Below, in pieces: positions 37,834 through 52,010 of a stretch of 64,000 nt of DNA; the first letter of the stretch is position 1; every line of letters begins with the position of its first letter. The notes beneath the pieces are model-generated. The model had not been told where the DNA came from. It did not search any database and saw only the letters and a list, made by a program, of their open reading frames with translations. The position numbers and the translations under genes were made by a program. The DNA is from Eledone cirrhosa (Eukaryota): positions 87,420,001 to 87,484,000 of the forward strand of contig OZ024743.1 of the NCBI GenBank assembly GCA_964016885.1, in the 5' to 3' direction.

Positions 37834-40229
37834 GAGGCCACTCTGATCGTCACCTCGCTCCAGTTTTTCTCCATTTAACCGGTCCTTCCGTCCAGCGCCC
37901 CACGACTTTTCCTGGCTTATCTTTGCTCCTGTCACCGCTTCGTATTCCTTGAGAGCGTTGCCGAGCATCTGGACGTGTTTGGTGCTCGACACCACCACGG
38001 TGTCGTCGTTGGCGTAAGTTGACACGGATCTCCCGCATCCCAGTTCGCGTGGGACCCCCCTCATCGTCTACAATCTGTGCAGTAGCGGTTCGAGGGCCAG
38101 TACGTACAAGAGCGACGAGAGGGCGCAACCCTGGCGGACTGAGCGCATGATGCTGAAAGGCTGCGACAGGTGACCATTCACTCTCACAATCGAGCAGATG
38201 TCGCTGTGCATCGCAGCGATCCAGCCCCTAAAATCGGGCCCGAAGCCGGCCGCCTCGAGGTATCGATGCTCGACCCTATCAAGTGCTTTAGATTGATCCA
38301 AGTTGATCAGGGCCCCACCCGTGCCAGGTTCCTTAACCACCTTCTCTATGATGTATCGCATGAGATGGAGGTTGTCTTGGATGGATCTGTCCGGAAAGGC
38401 GCATGTCTGCGCCTCTTCCACCAGATCACCGACGTCAAGCGCCAATCTCTTTGCTAACACCTTGGCCAAAATCTTAAATTCTGCGTTTAGTAGAGTTATG
38501 GGCCTGAAGTTGTCTATAACGTCCCCCTTGTTCGGGTCTTTTCTCAGCAGCGCCACCGCTCCCCGCCTAAACGTCTCTTCTAGCTTTCTAACTAGTTCTC
38601 CCTCTACTCTATTTACCTCTATCACTACTCCTTTGCTAAACCTTATCGATTCTACTCTAATAGCCTTTTTCAGGGTAAACCACCACCTGTTGTTGACGAT
38701 CGCACCCGTCAACGCACGCTAAACTAATTCACTTATCCGGTCTCTGTAAACTTTGCGCGCCGGGAACGACGCGTTCAGCTTCCAGTAACCGGGTTCTTGC
38801 CTATGGAGTCTATCTAAGTCAACTTCACAGATCACAAATTTGTGGTCCGAGTAGCCGACTACTTTAAATTGTGGACAACCTACACTAGCCTTATGTTTCC
38901 CTACAGAATACCCTATCTAAATACGATCTGGATGACCCGATGCAGTTTGCCCATATCCACATTAGCACATTCGGATAATCCAGTCTATACCTATCAGACA
39001 GAAGGTTGTTGAGGCTTTTACACTCTCCTGCCCTGTCTACTAGCCCCACATAATCCCAGCGTGCATCTAAGATACCGTTCCAGTCACCCACTAACACTAA
39101 AGAGCGGGACGTTCCAAGAAAGATCTCTACACGTCTGAAATCTGGCCGTCCTGCCCCTGTTGGGGCGTAGACGGCTACTGGCCTGAAAGCATTGCCTTCG
39201 CTGCCGGTCACGCCCAGCACCACCGACTTACCTTCTGGGTCCAGGAAGATGGCCCGTATGGCGAGATCCAAGCCTCTCCGAAAAAGCACGGCAACTCCTC
39301 CCCCTGATCCTGGACGGCTGGGAGATGCGTATGCATCGTAGCCGCCGAAGATCGGTGCGAAAGCTCGTGCTTCGAAAATTCTGGTCTCGCTGATGGCCAC
39401 TACATCTATGTTTAGTGACATGAGATGCCCGTTCCACTCGGCGCGATTTTATGTTTATTGTCCGATAAGACACGGTGCATAGGCGACGTTGCTCCATTTT
39501 ATTAGGTGTGTGTGTGTGTGTGGGGGGGGGGGGGGCTGACCCTGTACCCATCTTTCTTTACCATTCCTTTGGCTTCGTCTAATTCTTCCTGAGTTACTGA
39601 ATCGCTTCGCACGTTTTTGCTACTCTGGCAAAACTCAGGGTAGTTTTCTTAATTTCATTGTTGCTGTTGTTATTATCGTTATTTTTGCTATTGTTAATTT
39701 TAGTTTCAGTTGTGGTGGTGGTGGCGTCAGGGGTGTTCGGTGTGGAATAGTTCATTTTGGTTGAATTCATTTCGATATCACGAGTTAATTTTTTTTTTCT
39801 TTTGTTTCTGTTGTCGCTGTGGTGGTAGTGGTGGTGGCGGCTTTAACACCTGCAGTCATTGGTAATGGCGGGCAATGAACGTCTGCCTGAGACAAATTAA
39901 AAATATTGCTACTGCTTACAATTCCAGTGTTGGCAAACGTAGCAATGTTTACAATGGTGGGGTCGGTGTGAGGTGCTGGATTGTGAGGAAGGAGTGAATC
40001 TGAGTCATCCATTATTTTTCAAATAAAAAATTTTTTGTTTGATAATTATAAAAAGTTTAAATTTTGGGCTCAAGGCCCCAATATTTTTGAGTGTCCTTTT
40101 CAGAAATCAATGTATGTGCACTTATATATAGTTAACAATAAAAGTTTTCCATAAATGGCAATTTTAAATAACTGAAAATAACAAACCTTTGCGGAGCTCA
40201 CGATGATACGATTTACTACGTAGGTCGCC

Positions 40230-40230
<1 letters not shown>
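37834..40230 (-). mobile_element. Tx1/L1-clade LINE copy C, decayed
   Basis: APE (VVAISET, VYAPTG, LVGDWN, YLDRV) and RT (NFRPITLLN, DQSKALDRV, RQGCALS, YANDD). Confidence 0.88.

Positions 40231-40297
<67 letters not shown>
40231..40297. repeat. (AAT)n microsatellite
   Basis: Perfect AAT array. Confidence 0.95.
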
Positions 40298-40305
<8 letters not shown>

Positions 40306-40519
40306 CAAACAAAAAAAAACAAAAATCAAAATCAAAGCAGCACAGCAACAACGAAAAACGTAAAGAAAAGAAAAATGAAAAGAAAAACAAACAGACAGAC
40401 AGAGAAGGGAAGGGAAAAACTAAGTCAGACATTCAAACATTACATTACAATGAAACTTATGCTTATTCTTTTTTGGTTGTTTTTATTACCTATTTGTTTG
40501 TTTGTTTATTTATGTTCGT

Positions 40520-43500
40520 CTACAGCGTGATAGTGCCACACAAAAATCACCGGGAGTGATGAAATCACCGGTGGTTATGTAACCATGCATTCACCAATCC
40601 TCGATAAGAGTGTTTAAATGTCGAACCTAAACAGTTCGAATAACGGTGAAGTGGAGACTGGAATGTCATGTGACAGACTCTCACCCAGTAGGTGCTCCCT
40701 GGCTCAGCAGCAGGGACCTGGCTGTCAACCAAATACTGCTGGTGTCGGAGGAAGAAGAAGAAGGAAAGAGACCAGAATCAACTGGACGAAAGAATTGAAT
40801 AGAACTGTTATGCAGTGTTACCTGAAGAGTAACCCCAAGGAGAAAGGCTATAGGAAACGGATGCATAACATCTGGAACGAGATTGGTCTATTTAAATTAG
40901 ATGAACAAAAATTGGCCGGGCAGGCTCGGGTAATAAGAACTAATGGGTGGATAAGCGAGCTGGAACTGGAGGAACTGAGCAGAGAGATCAGGTTGGAAAT
41001 GGAGAGTGGAGTATGCCAGGCAAACGAGCCAGTGGGAAATGAAGGTGAAGAGGTTGAGAGAACGGAGGAACCATCCGAAGCAGACAATGATCTGAATGCT
41101 GAAATAAATAATACCTGGAACAAAGATACGGCCATTGAGGAGATGAATGCTGACGGGCTAGGACAAGATTTGGTTGATATCCTAAACTTAGTGGTAGATG
41201 AATTGAACAATGATAGTGGGAAACCTATGAACCTAAGATTTGTAGACAGGAAAAAGTTAAAAGAAACAACAGCTAAGGTAAACAAAGTCATCCCATACCT
41301 TGAGGCGAGGAGCCTTCACCAGTGCAACAATATCCTCAAAGCAACAGCAAATGCGGTGAGGAAATTACTTGGTATAAAAGCGAGAGGAAACAACAAATAA
41401 GAAAGATCAGAGCCTTGGTGGAAGAAACGACTGAATGGTCAAATCAGGGAAATGAGAAATGACATTGGAAAGCTTGAGTCCCTACTGAATGGGACACTAA
41501 AAAACATAGACACTAAAAATAGACTGGAAATAAAGTACAAAACTAGGAGGAAAAAGCTAAATATTATCATAGAGGAACTGAAGCAACGCATTGTAGCAAA
41601 GAGTGCAAAAATTAGGCGATACGAGAGCAGAGTCAGTCAGTATAGACAGAACCACATGTTTGACAACAACCAGAAGATGCTGTTTGGACAGCTTGAAGGG
41701 AAAGAAAGGGGCAACGACTTGATCCCTGAAGCGGAACAAACTAAGACATTCTGGAGAGGAATATGGGAGCAGGATGTTAAACATAATGACCAGGCAGTGT
41801 GGATTAAGACAGTACAAAAGGAGATTAGTGAACAGGCACACCAACAAACTGATTTGAGTATCACAGTTGAAACTCTTAAGGGGCAGGCCAAAAAACTAAC
41901 CAACTGGAAATCACCAGGCCCAGATGGTGTGCAGGGGTATTGGATTAAAAATATAACATCCCTCCACCCGAAACTGACAACCATGTTCAATGACTGCTTG
42001 ATGTCAGGTGAGGTACCAGAGTGGTTGACAAAAGGTACCACAGTTCTGGTAATGAAAGACCGAATCAAGGGTAATGATGTTACCAACTATAGACCTATCA
42101 CATGTCTGTCCGTAATGTGGAAACTGTTGACAAGCATTATGTCTGAGGAAATCTACCATCACCTCCACACAAACAACTTGTTACCGGATGAACAGAAAGG
42201 ATGCCGAAAGAAATCCCGTGGTACAAAGGACCAGTTACTTATTGATAAGATGGTAATGAGGAATTGCAAGAGGAGACACACTGGTCTTGCCATGGGATGG
42301 ATAGACTCCAAAAAGGTATTTGACATGGTGCCTCATTCTTGGATCACCAAAAGCCTAGAGATCTTCAAGGTGGCAGATAACATCAGACAGTTGTTGGGCA
42401 AAAGTATGAAGTCCTGGAAAACAGAGTTAACATCAGCTGGAGAATCCTTGGGTGGCGTGAAGATCAAGAGAGGTATCTTCCAGGGAGATAGTCTGTCTCC
42501 TCTGTTGTTTGTCCTTGCCCTGATGCCCCTGACCATTATACTGCGAAAAGTGAGAGCAGGATACAAGTTGGGAAAGGGAGAGCTTACCATCAATCACCCC
42601 CTCTTTATGGACGATCTTAAGCTCTTCGGGAAGAGTGAGAAGGAGTTGGTTGTGCTTGTTGACACTGTCCGTATTTTTAGCAATGATATATGTATGCAAT
42701 TTGGTATTACTAAGTGTGGAGTCCTTGTGATGAAGAGGGGTAAATTGAGCAGAAGCAACGGAATCCAGGTACCAACAGGTGAGATGATAAAGGAAATTGA
42801 CACTGAAGAAAGATACAAGTATTTGGGTGTTATGGAGGCTGATGACATCAAGAACAAAAAAATGAAGGAATTGATAAGATCTGAATACATTCGGAGAGTA
42901 AGGAGCGTATTAAAGTCACATCTGAACAGTAGGAATGCCATAAGTGCAGTAAATTCCCGAGCTGTGTCTATTATTAGGCACAGTGCGGGAATTCTGAGAT
43001 GGAATGTTGCTGAACAAAAAGAAATGGATAGGAAGACTAGGAAGCTATTGACTATCTACAACATGTTCCACAAGAGGAGTGATGTCGATAGACTCTACTT
43101 AAGGAGATCTGAAGGTGGAAGAGGTCTTATCAGCATAGAGGACTGTGTTCAGATGGAGAAAAACAACCTACACAAATACGTGACTGATAGTAAGGAGCCA
43201 ATGCTCAGAACTGTACTGAAGGAGAGGACAATAGACCAGGGGATGTCCAAGGAGGAAATAACAACAAGGAGAAAGAGCAGCCTTCATGAAAAATCCCTTC
43301 ATAGTACCTTCTTTGAGAAAATTGAATTCAGAGATCCACAGACATGGAACTGCTTGAAAAGAGTAGACCTTAAAAAGGCTACAGAAGGAATGTTAATGGC
43401 TGCGCAAGAGCAGGCCCTCAAAACGAAGTGGTTGAAACACCATATTTACAAGGAGGAGGCTAGCCCACTGTGCAGGATCTGCGGAGAGAGAGAGGAGACT

Positions 43501-44120
43501 GTGGCTCACATTGTATCCGAGTGTAAACACCTAGCCCAGATTCACTATAAGGGCTGGAGACATGATATGATGGGCAGGGTGATCCACTGGCACCTATGCA
43601 AAGTAAACAATTTACCACATTCTGAGAAGTGGTATGAGCAGAAGCCAGAGTCGGTGATAGAAAACGATCAGGTGAAGGTGCTGTTGGATTTTAGGATACA
43701 GACGGACAAGAAACTGGAACACAATAGACCTGACCTGGTGGTTTTGGACAAGGAAAAAAGATCGTGCCTGATTGTGGATGTGGCCTGCCCATTCGACACG
43801 AGAGTGCAAGAGAAGGAGAGGGAGAAAATTAACCGATACCAGGACTTAAAGTGGGAGGTAAAAAGGATTTGGAACTGCCATGAAGTCAAAGTGGTCCCGA
43901 TTGTCATAGGAGCACTAGGTACTATCTCAAAAAGTTTCCAGGGATGGTTAAAGAAAATTGGCCCCGCTACGCTTTTTGGAACGCTTCAAAAGGCATGCTT
44001 GCTGGGAACATCAAGAACCCTCCGATACGTCCTGAATATCTGAGGCTGCAAGTAGTGGCTTGATATTCATTTCAACAAACTTTCCAGTTAACTAACATCA
44101 ATGACTGAGACTCAAAGAAC

Positions 44121-44152
<32 letters not shown>
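40520..44152 (+). mobile_element. R4/Dong-like RLE non-LTR retrotransposon, near intact
   Basis: ORFs 40618-41400 and 41452-44043 are in the same frame, split by one TAA. WTKELN..CY N-terminus, RT (KSPGPDG, NYRPITCL, QGDSLSP, FMDD), CRIC..H..C knuckle, RHD, RPDLVV..VDVACPFD RLE, (AAT)n tail. Confidence 0.93.
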
Positions 44153-44154
<2 letters not shown>

Positions 44155-44320
44155 TTTTCTTTATTAACCACAAGGGTTTACATAAAGTAGACATTAAGGA
44201 CAGTACAGGACAATACAGGACGGTACAAATGGGCATTTCTGCGTGTAAAAAAAAACAGAGGATGAAATAAAATAACAAAGAAAAATTCCCCAATAGGGGG
44301 GAGACTTCCGAGGGACATTT
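44153..44320 (-). mobile_element. Tx1-like 3' UTR fragment with (ATT)n tail
   Basis: Reverse strand CCCCCCTATTGGGG..CCCTTGTGGTTAATAAAGAAA resembles the 3' UTRs of Tx1 copies A and B. Confidence 0.6.
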
Positions 44321-45277
44321 GTGGAGAAAGCCCATTATGGAAAATATCCAGAGCGAGCTAACAATGGAAAATACCCAGAGCGAGCTAACAATCCTGATGT
44401 TGACAAAACTTTAACCCATCAGTGGTTGGCATCCTCTGGACTGAAATCGGAGACTAAAGGACTGATTATATCGGCACAAGATCAGTGTCTGCCAACAAAA
44501 AATTACCAAGCCAACATAATAAAAAATGGGTGCAGCCCATTATGCCGTGTATGCAAAAAACAACCAGAGACCATTGACCATATAATTTCAATGTGCAGTC
44601 CTATAGCTCCAACCGAATACCTAAACAGGCATGACAGAGCTGCACAATACATACATTGGATAATATGTAAGCATTTTGACCTGCCCCATCAAAAGAATTG
44701 GTGGGAGCATCAACCACCTCCCATACTTGAAAAAGATCACATCTCAATCTTGTGGAACTTTAGCATCCAAACAGACCGAAAAATAGATGCAAATAGACCT
44801 GATATAATATTGAAGGACTTTCAAAGGAGGGTATGCCTGCTAATTGATATGTCTGTTCCAATAGACAAGAATGTATCTATAAAAACATTTGAAAAATTGA
44901 GCAAGTATAAGGACCTGGAGATAGAAATTGGAAAAATGTGGAAATTGAGAACTAAAACAATACCAGTGGTTGTAGGCGCTCTGGGAATGATACCTAAGGG
45001 GTCTAACGACTACTTATCGCAAATCCCAGGAAACCCGCGTATAGGAGAAATACAAAAGATAGTACTAATGGGAACTGCCCATATACTAAGGAAGATCCTG
45101 TCAATATAAGTACATCACAAGTCTAAACACTAAGGATGCATGTGTGAATATGTATGTTCTTTCTTGAACATGGCGGACCTTGTTGTCTCTTGAGGTCACT
45201 AGTTGTGACTTGGTGATAACTCGTATGAACATAAAGCAAGATAAATGCAACTATAATAATAATAATAATAATAATAC
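44321..45277 (+). mobile_element. 5'-truncated R4-like RLE LINE (second family)
   Basis: AQDQ, CRVC..ETIDHIISMC, RHD, NRPDII..IDMSVP..K.SKY; (AAT)n tail. Confidence 0.9.
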
Positions 45278-45394
45278 CTTCTGATTTAGGTGCAAGGCCA
45301 ACAATTTCGGAGGAAGCAGGGAAGTCGACTAAAGTTACCCCAGCACTTTACTGGTACTCTATTTTATTGACCTCGGAATGATAAAAAGCAAAGC

Positions 45395-46190
45395 TAAAGA
45401 ACAGAAAAGATATCGAAAGAAGTCCCATGGTACAAAAGATCAGTACCTTATTGACAAGATGGTAATAAGGAACTGCAAAAGGAGGAATACTGGTTTTGTC
45501 ATGGGATGGATAGACTACAAGATGTCATTCTACATGGTTCCTCATTCTTTGATAACCAAGTACCTAGAAATCTTCAAGGTGGCAGACAACATCAGAGTGC
45601 TATTAAGTAATAAAATGAAGAAGTGGGGGACAAAGTTAAGATCGGGGAAAAAAATCCTTGGGAGGAGTGAAAATCAAGAGAGATATCTTCCAAAGAAATA
45701 GTCTTTCTCCTTTATTGTTTGTCCTTGCCCTCATCACATTATCCCTCGTATTGCGAAGAGTGAAGATTGGATCATGCCGTCATCCATCCCCTCTTCATGG
45801 ACGACCTAAAACTCTTCGGGAAGAACGAGAAGGAGTTAGATGGACTTGTTAATACTGTTTGTATTTTCAGTACTAGTATTTGTATTGAATTTGGTGTTAA
45901 TAAGTGTGGAATCCAAGTGATGACGAGGGGGAAAATTGAAGAGAAGCCAAGGAATCGAGATACCAACGGGTGAGGTGATAAAGGAGATCGACACCGAAGA
46001 GGGATATAGATATTTGGGTGTTATGGAGGCAAATAACATCAAGGACAATAAAATGAAGGAGATTATAAAATATGAATACATAAAGAGACTAAGAAAAGTA
46101 CTAAGATCACATTTAAATAGTAGAAATGCTACAAGTGCAATAAATTCCAGAGTTGCGTCTATTAGGTACAGTACGGGCATTCTTGACACA
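45395..46190 (+). mobile_element. Decayed R4-like RT fragment related to the 40.5-kb element
   Basis: KKSHGTKDQYLIDKMV, HPLFMDDLKL, YRYLGVME. Confidence 0.85.
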
Positions 46191-46232
46191 GTTTATTCCT
46201 ATATAAGAAAGCATTATTATTATTATGTGAAT

Positions 46233-46415
46233 TGGCAGTATCGGTAGAGGGTTGGATGCCATGCTTTCTAGCATAGTTACGTCCCTTTACGGTCTGAGTT
46301 CAAATCCCGCCGAGGTTAACTTTGCCTTTCATCCTTACGGGGGTCAATAAAATAAAGTACCAGTAATGTACTGGGTAATTGCTGGCCTTGTGCCAAAAGT
46401 AGAAACAATTATTAT
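46233..46415 (+). mobile_element. tRNA-derived SINE
   Basis: Close copy of 27875-28055. Confidence 0.75.
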
Positions 46416-46644
46416 TATTGTTGTTGTAATATCTTTGAAATGTTTTCGTTTCAGTCAGATTCGCCACCAATGTATAAGTTGTATATGAGGATCCGCATCT
46501 CCTGATAGAGTTATGGGGCGATCTTAGTGAGAAACAGCGTGTCTTGAGCATTTTAAACCTGCTGGAGCCCATCCCCTATCCAGCTCTGAACATAGCCGAT
46601 TTCTTCCAGAAAAGGAGAGAGGAATTGAGAAAGAGATAGAGAGG

Positions 46645-46802
46645 AAGAATCGACCCAAATACTGGGCTGGTACTTTTTTTTTATCAACCGCGAAAGAATG
46701 AAATGCAAAACTGACTTCCAAAACTGGGATTTGAACTCAGAGAGTGCAAAGAGCCCAAGAGAATACCGTAAATTATCCGACGTTTTAACGACTCTACCAA
46801 AT
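46645..46802 (-). mobile_element. SINE fragment
   Basis: Reverse strand TTGGTAGAGTCGTTAAAACGTCGG..GAGTTCAAATCCC..AAGTACCAG. Confidence 0.6.
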
Positions 46803-47544
46803 TCTCTCCTCTGTGTACGTTTTCATAACATTAATATTTCGTGTATTTCCATTTTTTCTGACTGGAATTGCTGACATTACAAAGAATGTCGTGTCAGCTA
46901 CTCCACCCCATCCCCGCTAACTCCAAACTGATATTACAAAGTTCTGATAGTTTATCTTAACCCTCTGCCAAACCACGATATTATCTGCCTCTTATTGTGA
47001 CCTAACCAACTAGATTTGTAAACCAACCATCGAGTCCTGTTTATTTGACTTTGTGTCAAATTACATAAACATTTCCTGCCTCTTCCATCTTTTTCACGAG
47101 AGAAACTACTGCCTGTGTGTTACAGTTTACAGTTAGTTGCCTGATGCTACTGTTTGTCACTAACACCAATTCTGTCGGCTTATCCCAACATTAGCTTTGG
47201 TCCGTCCTGATTAAGCTGACTTCTTCCCGGCGTGACAATCTCGTCTACTTTCGTATAACAGGGACTATATTATGCAATGTACTGTCAGGTCTTGAATAAT
47301 CGCCCCCGCCCCCCGCTTATTAAATTTTGTTAATCTATCTCCGCCGAAATTTATTGTAAGTGATTCATATCGATATAGCAGCTGGAGAATATAATAATAA
47401 TTTTATTCTACATTAAAAAGATTTTAAATAAGAAATCCCAAATTTTCGAACGAACACTTTACAATTACTGATCCCCCCCCCCCCGCATAAGAATTTAAGC
47501 AAATGTCCACCCCCACGGAGAGAGAAAAAGTGAGAAAGAGATTT

Positions 47545-47712
47545 AGAGGAAGAATCGACCCTAGTATTGGACTAGTGCTTTGTATATCGAACTAGAATGG
47601 TTGAAAGGTAAAGTTAACCTCGGCGGCATTGGAACTCAGAGAGCAGGGAACCGGAACGAATACTTCAAAACATTCTATCAGATGTTCTAGCCACTCTGTT
47701 AATTCGCCATCA
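47545..47712 (-). mobile_element. SINE fragment
   Basis: Reverse strand GAGTTCCAATGCCGCCGAGGTTAACTTTACCTTTC. Confidence 0.6.
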
Positions 47713-47939
47713 TATGCAGATATATACAGTACGTTAAAAAAGTGGAGGGGGAATACTAAATAAAAGAAATAGTGCAGGTAGAAGACCCGTATAGTCAATC
47801 ACACATCACAACAAAGAGCACTGGAATGTTTGAATCTTGGTGTATAAACTGGGATTTGCGTGCTGATAAATTAATTGTTAGGTTTGCATAAGAGAAATCC
47901 CATAGTTTATGTTGATTACTGATACGTCGAAGTCATCTA

Positions 47940-48081
47940 TCTATATACTACTAAAACCCTGAGATTGCTTGCTTGCTTGTCTGTAATGTAATACAGCCAA
48001 AAGGGTGCATAATGGGAAAATACTTTGAAAGGAATTGTCCCTGAAATGCGATTTCCGGGTCCCTTCATAAACACAGAGAGA

Positions 48082-48144
<63 letters not shown>

Positions 48145-48235
48145 TGGTGTTGTGTATATATAGATATATATGTGTTTATATGTGTGTGTGTCTATGACCA
48201 GTGCATATAGACCACAGACACCCACATATATATAT

Positions 48236-48275
<40 letters not shown>

Positions 48276-48677
48276 GTATACACACACACATTTATATATA
48301 TATACATATACACAAATATATATATGAGCCTTCCAGTTTCATTTCCCATTCTATACATGTCTGTGTATATTTTAATTATTTTGAAATTATTTTCAAGTGA
48401 ACATGATGTAAAAAATATTCTGAAGTGAACGCGACCCAACGGGTCACGAGAGGTCTAGTATACTACTACAACTCTGTGATTGCTTGCTTGCTAGTCTGTA
48501 ATATAATACAGCTAAAAGGGTGGATAATAGGAAAATACTTTCAAAGGAAGTTTCCCCTGAAATGGGAATACAAATGGAATAAAACAGGTTTCGCGTAAAT
48601 CGAAGCACTGGTTCCCGAGATATGGGGTTTTCATGGTACCTTCATAAACAGAGAGAGAGAGAGAGGAGAATGGAAGT

Positions 48678-48714
<37 letters not shown>

Positions 48715-48841
48715 TGGTGCTGTTGTGTATATTTATATAGATGTGAGTACGTGTGTATATATATATATATATGTGTGTGTGTGTCTATGACCAGTGTATA
48801 TAGATCACAGACACCCACGCACACACATATATATATATATG

Positions 48842-48910
<69 letters not shown>

Positions 48911-49098
48911 ATACAAACACTCACATTTAAATATATATAACATACACACGTATATATATGGGCCTTCCAGTTTCATTTTACATTCTATACATGTCTGTGT
49001 ATATTTTAATTATTTAAAATTATTTTTAAGTGAATATGATTTTTAAAAGATATTCTGAAGTGAACGTGACGGTCACGTGAAGGTCACGTGTGGTCTAG
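47940..49098 (+). mobile_element. Head-to-tail pair of non-autonomous Helitrons (47940-48458, 48459-49098)
   Basis: Both start (TC)TATACTACTA..GATTGCTTGCTTGC and end with a hairpin plus GGTCTAG. The bodies are homologous. Confidence 0.8.
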
Positions 49099-49779
49099 TT
49101 AGAAATAAAAATGATATTTCAATAACATATTTCTAGGATACAATTACATATCACGAGTCCCAAATAATAGGGGGGGGGGTCGAATAAGCGAAAGTATAGC
49201 GGAACTACTTCATACCTTGCAATAACAATGTTTCATATGTGATTTGGTCAAACAAACTAATCGTATTAGATCGCGTATGAATACATTGTTGTCTCCTCCT
49301 TATAAAATCTTCTAGCTGACCAGAGAGATGACTCTGGACAGCAAGATGAGAAGACATACTACAGAGTAGTGCCCCATATTTCTTGTATTTACCTGTGAAG
49401 AGGAACTAATTATTTATCAACAAGATGTATTCAACATTTCGGGAATTGTTCTATTATGGTATGAGATATTCAACGTCTCCTGTTTTGCTCTAGGCAGTAT
49501 CTGCCTAGCTTCAATCTAATGGCCAGTAATTGCTTTCATTTCTTATATCCTCCTGTGTATATAATTCGGCCTTCTAACAATAAATATGTGTTTATATCGA
49601 ATTGAGTGCTTTAAATAATAATAGGCATTTAACTCTCTTTTCATTATAAAATGGTTGCAATAAGCACGGCGATGGGGGTAATTATTTTAGGCTGTTTCCG
49701 TTGATTTTTTAAAAACCAGAATTAGTCGTTTAGTTTATATATTGGGATCCTAACCAATCGTATTTTTTTTATAACGTAT

Positions 49780-50290
49780 GGGATTTCTTGTAATGCTCTT
49801 TTTTGTCATGTATAATGTTTTTTAATGTATGAAAATAAAATTTGCATCCAATGGAAAGCTATCACTTAGTCCAAGCCATACGCAAGGGGTAATCCGTCTT
49901 GTGGATTGTGCATTAAAGAAAGGATCAATATCATGAGAAGATTACGGAGTAACGATTGCCTAAATTCAAGAAATGAGCTTTTCTCACGTTGTCCACATGT
50001 CTGGAAACACCTCTTGTATAATTACAAAGCTCCAGATTGAATAACATCAGCATTCTAATACTCTGATCAACTTGAATAATTTATCCCGGACATTCGCAGT
50101 TATCTTCCTTACACCTTTCGACCGCGGGATTATATCGTCTAGGAGAAGTGACCGTTTCTGCGCATGCGTATACATACGGTTGTTTTTCCTTTTCCGTACA
50201 ACTTTACTCAGACCGAGCTGAAGATCCGCTTAAGGTGAAGCATTTGTTCTCGGTATGATGAACTAACTGTTGTGGAACTACTTATATATA
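49780..50290 (+). mobile_element. Penelope-like (Naiad-type) 3' end with degenerate hammerhead
   Basis: KPYARGNPSCGLCIKER..LNSRNELFSRCPH, followed downstream by GAG-CTGAAGA..GAAG-CATTTG-TT-CTC at ~50215-50251. Confidence 0.7.
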
Positions 50291-50573
50291 TAAATAATTA
50301 CAACAGTGACATAAACAGATACTCGAGTTTCGTTGGGTTATGGGTCCCAATTCATTCAGACTGTCATGAGAAAATAAAAGCAAAGAGGACCGCCTGGGGT
50401 TGATTGTGCTTTCCTTATAGGAATATAACAAAAGAGTTTACGCAGGGGGCAGGTAATCTAGAAAAAAGGAGTTAAAAAGGGGGTTCTTTTAAGGGAAAGG
50501 TCAGGGGAGGTAACTCTTGAGAAACCACAGTCAATTTTGAATGAAAATAGAAGCACAATAATTTCTTCTAGTT

Positions 50574-50734
<161 letters not shown>

Positions 50735-50887
50735 TAAAATATCGGTGGATTTGAAACAGGAAAGAGGAAAGCAATACTCAATCTGGTGTGAAGGCTGAAA
50801 TATTATATTATTTAATTATATTCATGCAATCTGAAGAGATATTCAAAATTGAGCCTTGAAACCTTTGGTATCGCTTCTGCCTGCCCC

Positions 50888-50921
<34 letters not shown>

Positions 50922-51299
50922 GTTATTCCGGGTTGAATCGGAGGTAACCACAGTAAGTAAGGTACTCAATACATAGCAGAGTATAAAAGTTTTAATATAG
51001 TTGAGATTCCACAGGACTAGAACTGTTTCATTCTTTAGAAATCATCAGGAATCTGGGTATCAAAAAATAAATATGGTATTTATAGGTCTCTTCAGGTGGT
51101 AGGAGAGGGTAGGGAGTGGGATGGGTAGAGGTCATTGGTTGATAGAAAAGGGAATTCATTAAAAGCTAATTCTTTAAAGCTATAATTTATATTTAGAGTA
51201 ACAAAGGCAGAAAGAATTCTATAAACAAGTTCAGGATGGGGTGCCACTCCTTATTTATTTTTCTCTTAAGCTAACAATGCCTATATTTCAGGTGTCTAT

Positions 51300-51730
51300 A
51301 AGATCGTTGGGGGTCAGTATAGTGTGACTTTCCATTACAACAAAATTGTAACCTAAAATCCGTCATCTACAAGCAGAGATTAAATATACTAACATCAACC
51401 AGCCGGAAACCCGTGGAAAATATGTGGGTATGGTGCAGGACCGATTTAAACAAAAGTTCTATTCGGACTTCTCAGTCAGGCATCCCAATATGAAAACTAG
51501 CAGAGCGCTGGCAAAAGGTGTCTGGTAGCTAAAGGAAAAGGGAGTACTGCCTCATATAACATTGAAGGTGTTCAAGAAACGCCATACATAAATAGAACTA
51601 AGAGATGCCCACTCTACCCCAGAGAAAAATTTAGGATTTTCCAAGGACTATACTCACCTTAACTCCAAAGCTGAAATATTTAGAACTTGTTTGCATCGGA
51701 AAAGTCCAATTGGAAATCCATACCCTAAGA
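51300..51730 (+). mobile_element. Decayed Penelope-like GIY-YIG fragment
   Basis: CNLKSVIYK..KYVGMVQDRFKQ..ALAKGVW*LKEKG..LNSKAEIFRTCLH. Confidence 0.6.
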
Positions 51731-51978
51731 TGCCCTCTCAACAGACCTTCATATTTTTTTAGTGTTCAGGTTTTAATTTTTATTTTATTTTAAGAAACCT
51801 CTTAGAAGTAATTTAAGTTTTACAAAATACTTTACACACTAGGTAATACACATACACTGAGTTGAGTTGTAGCCACCATGTATGTATGTATGTATGTATG
51901 TATGTATGTATGTATGTATGTATGTATGTATGTATGTATGTATGTATGTATGTATGTATGTATGTATGTATGTATGTA

Positions 51979-52009
<31 letters not shown>

Positions 52010-52010
52010 A

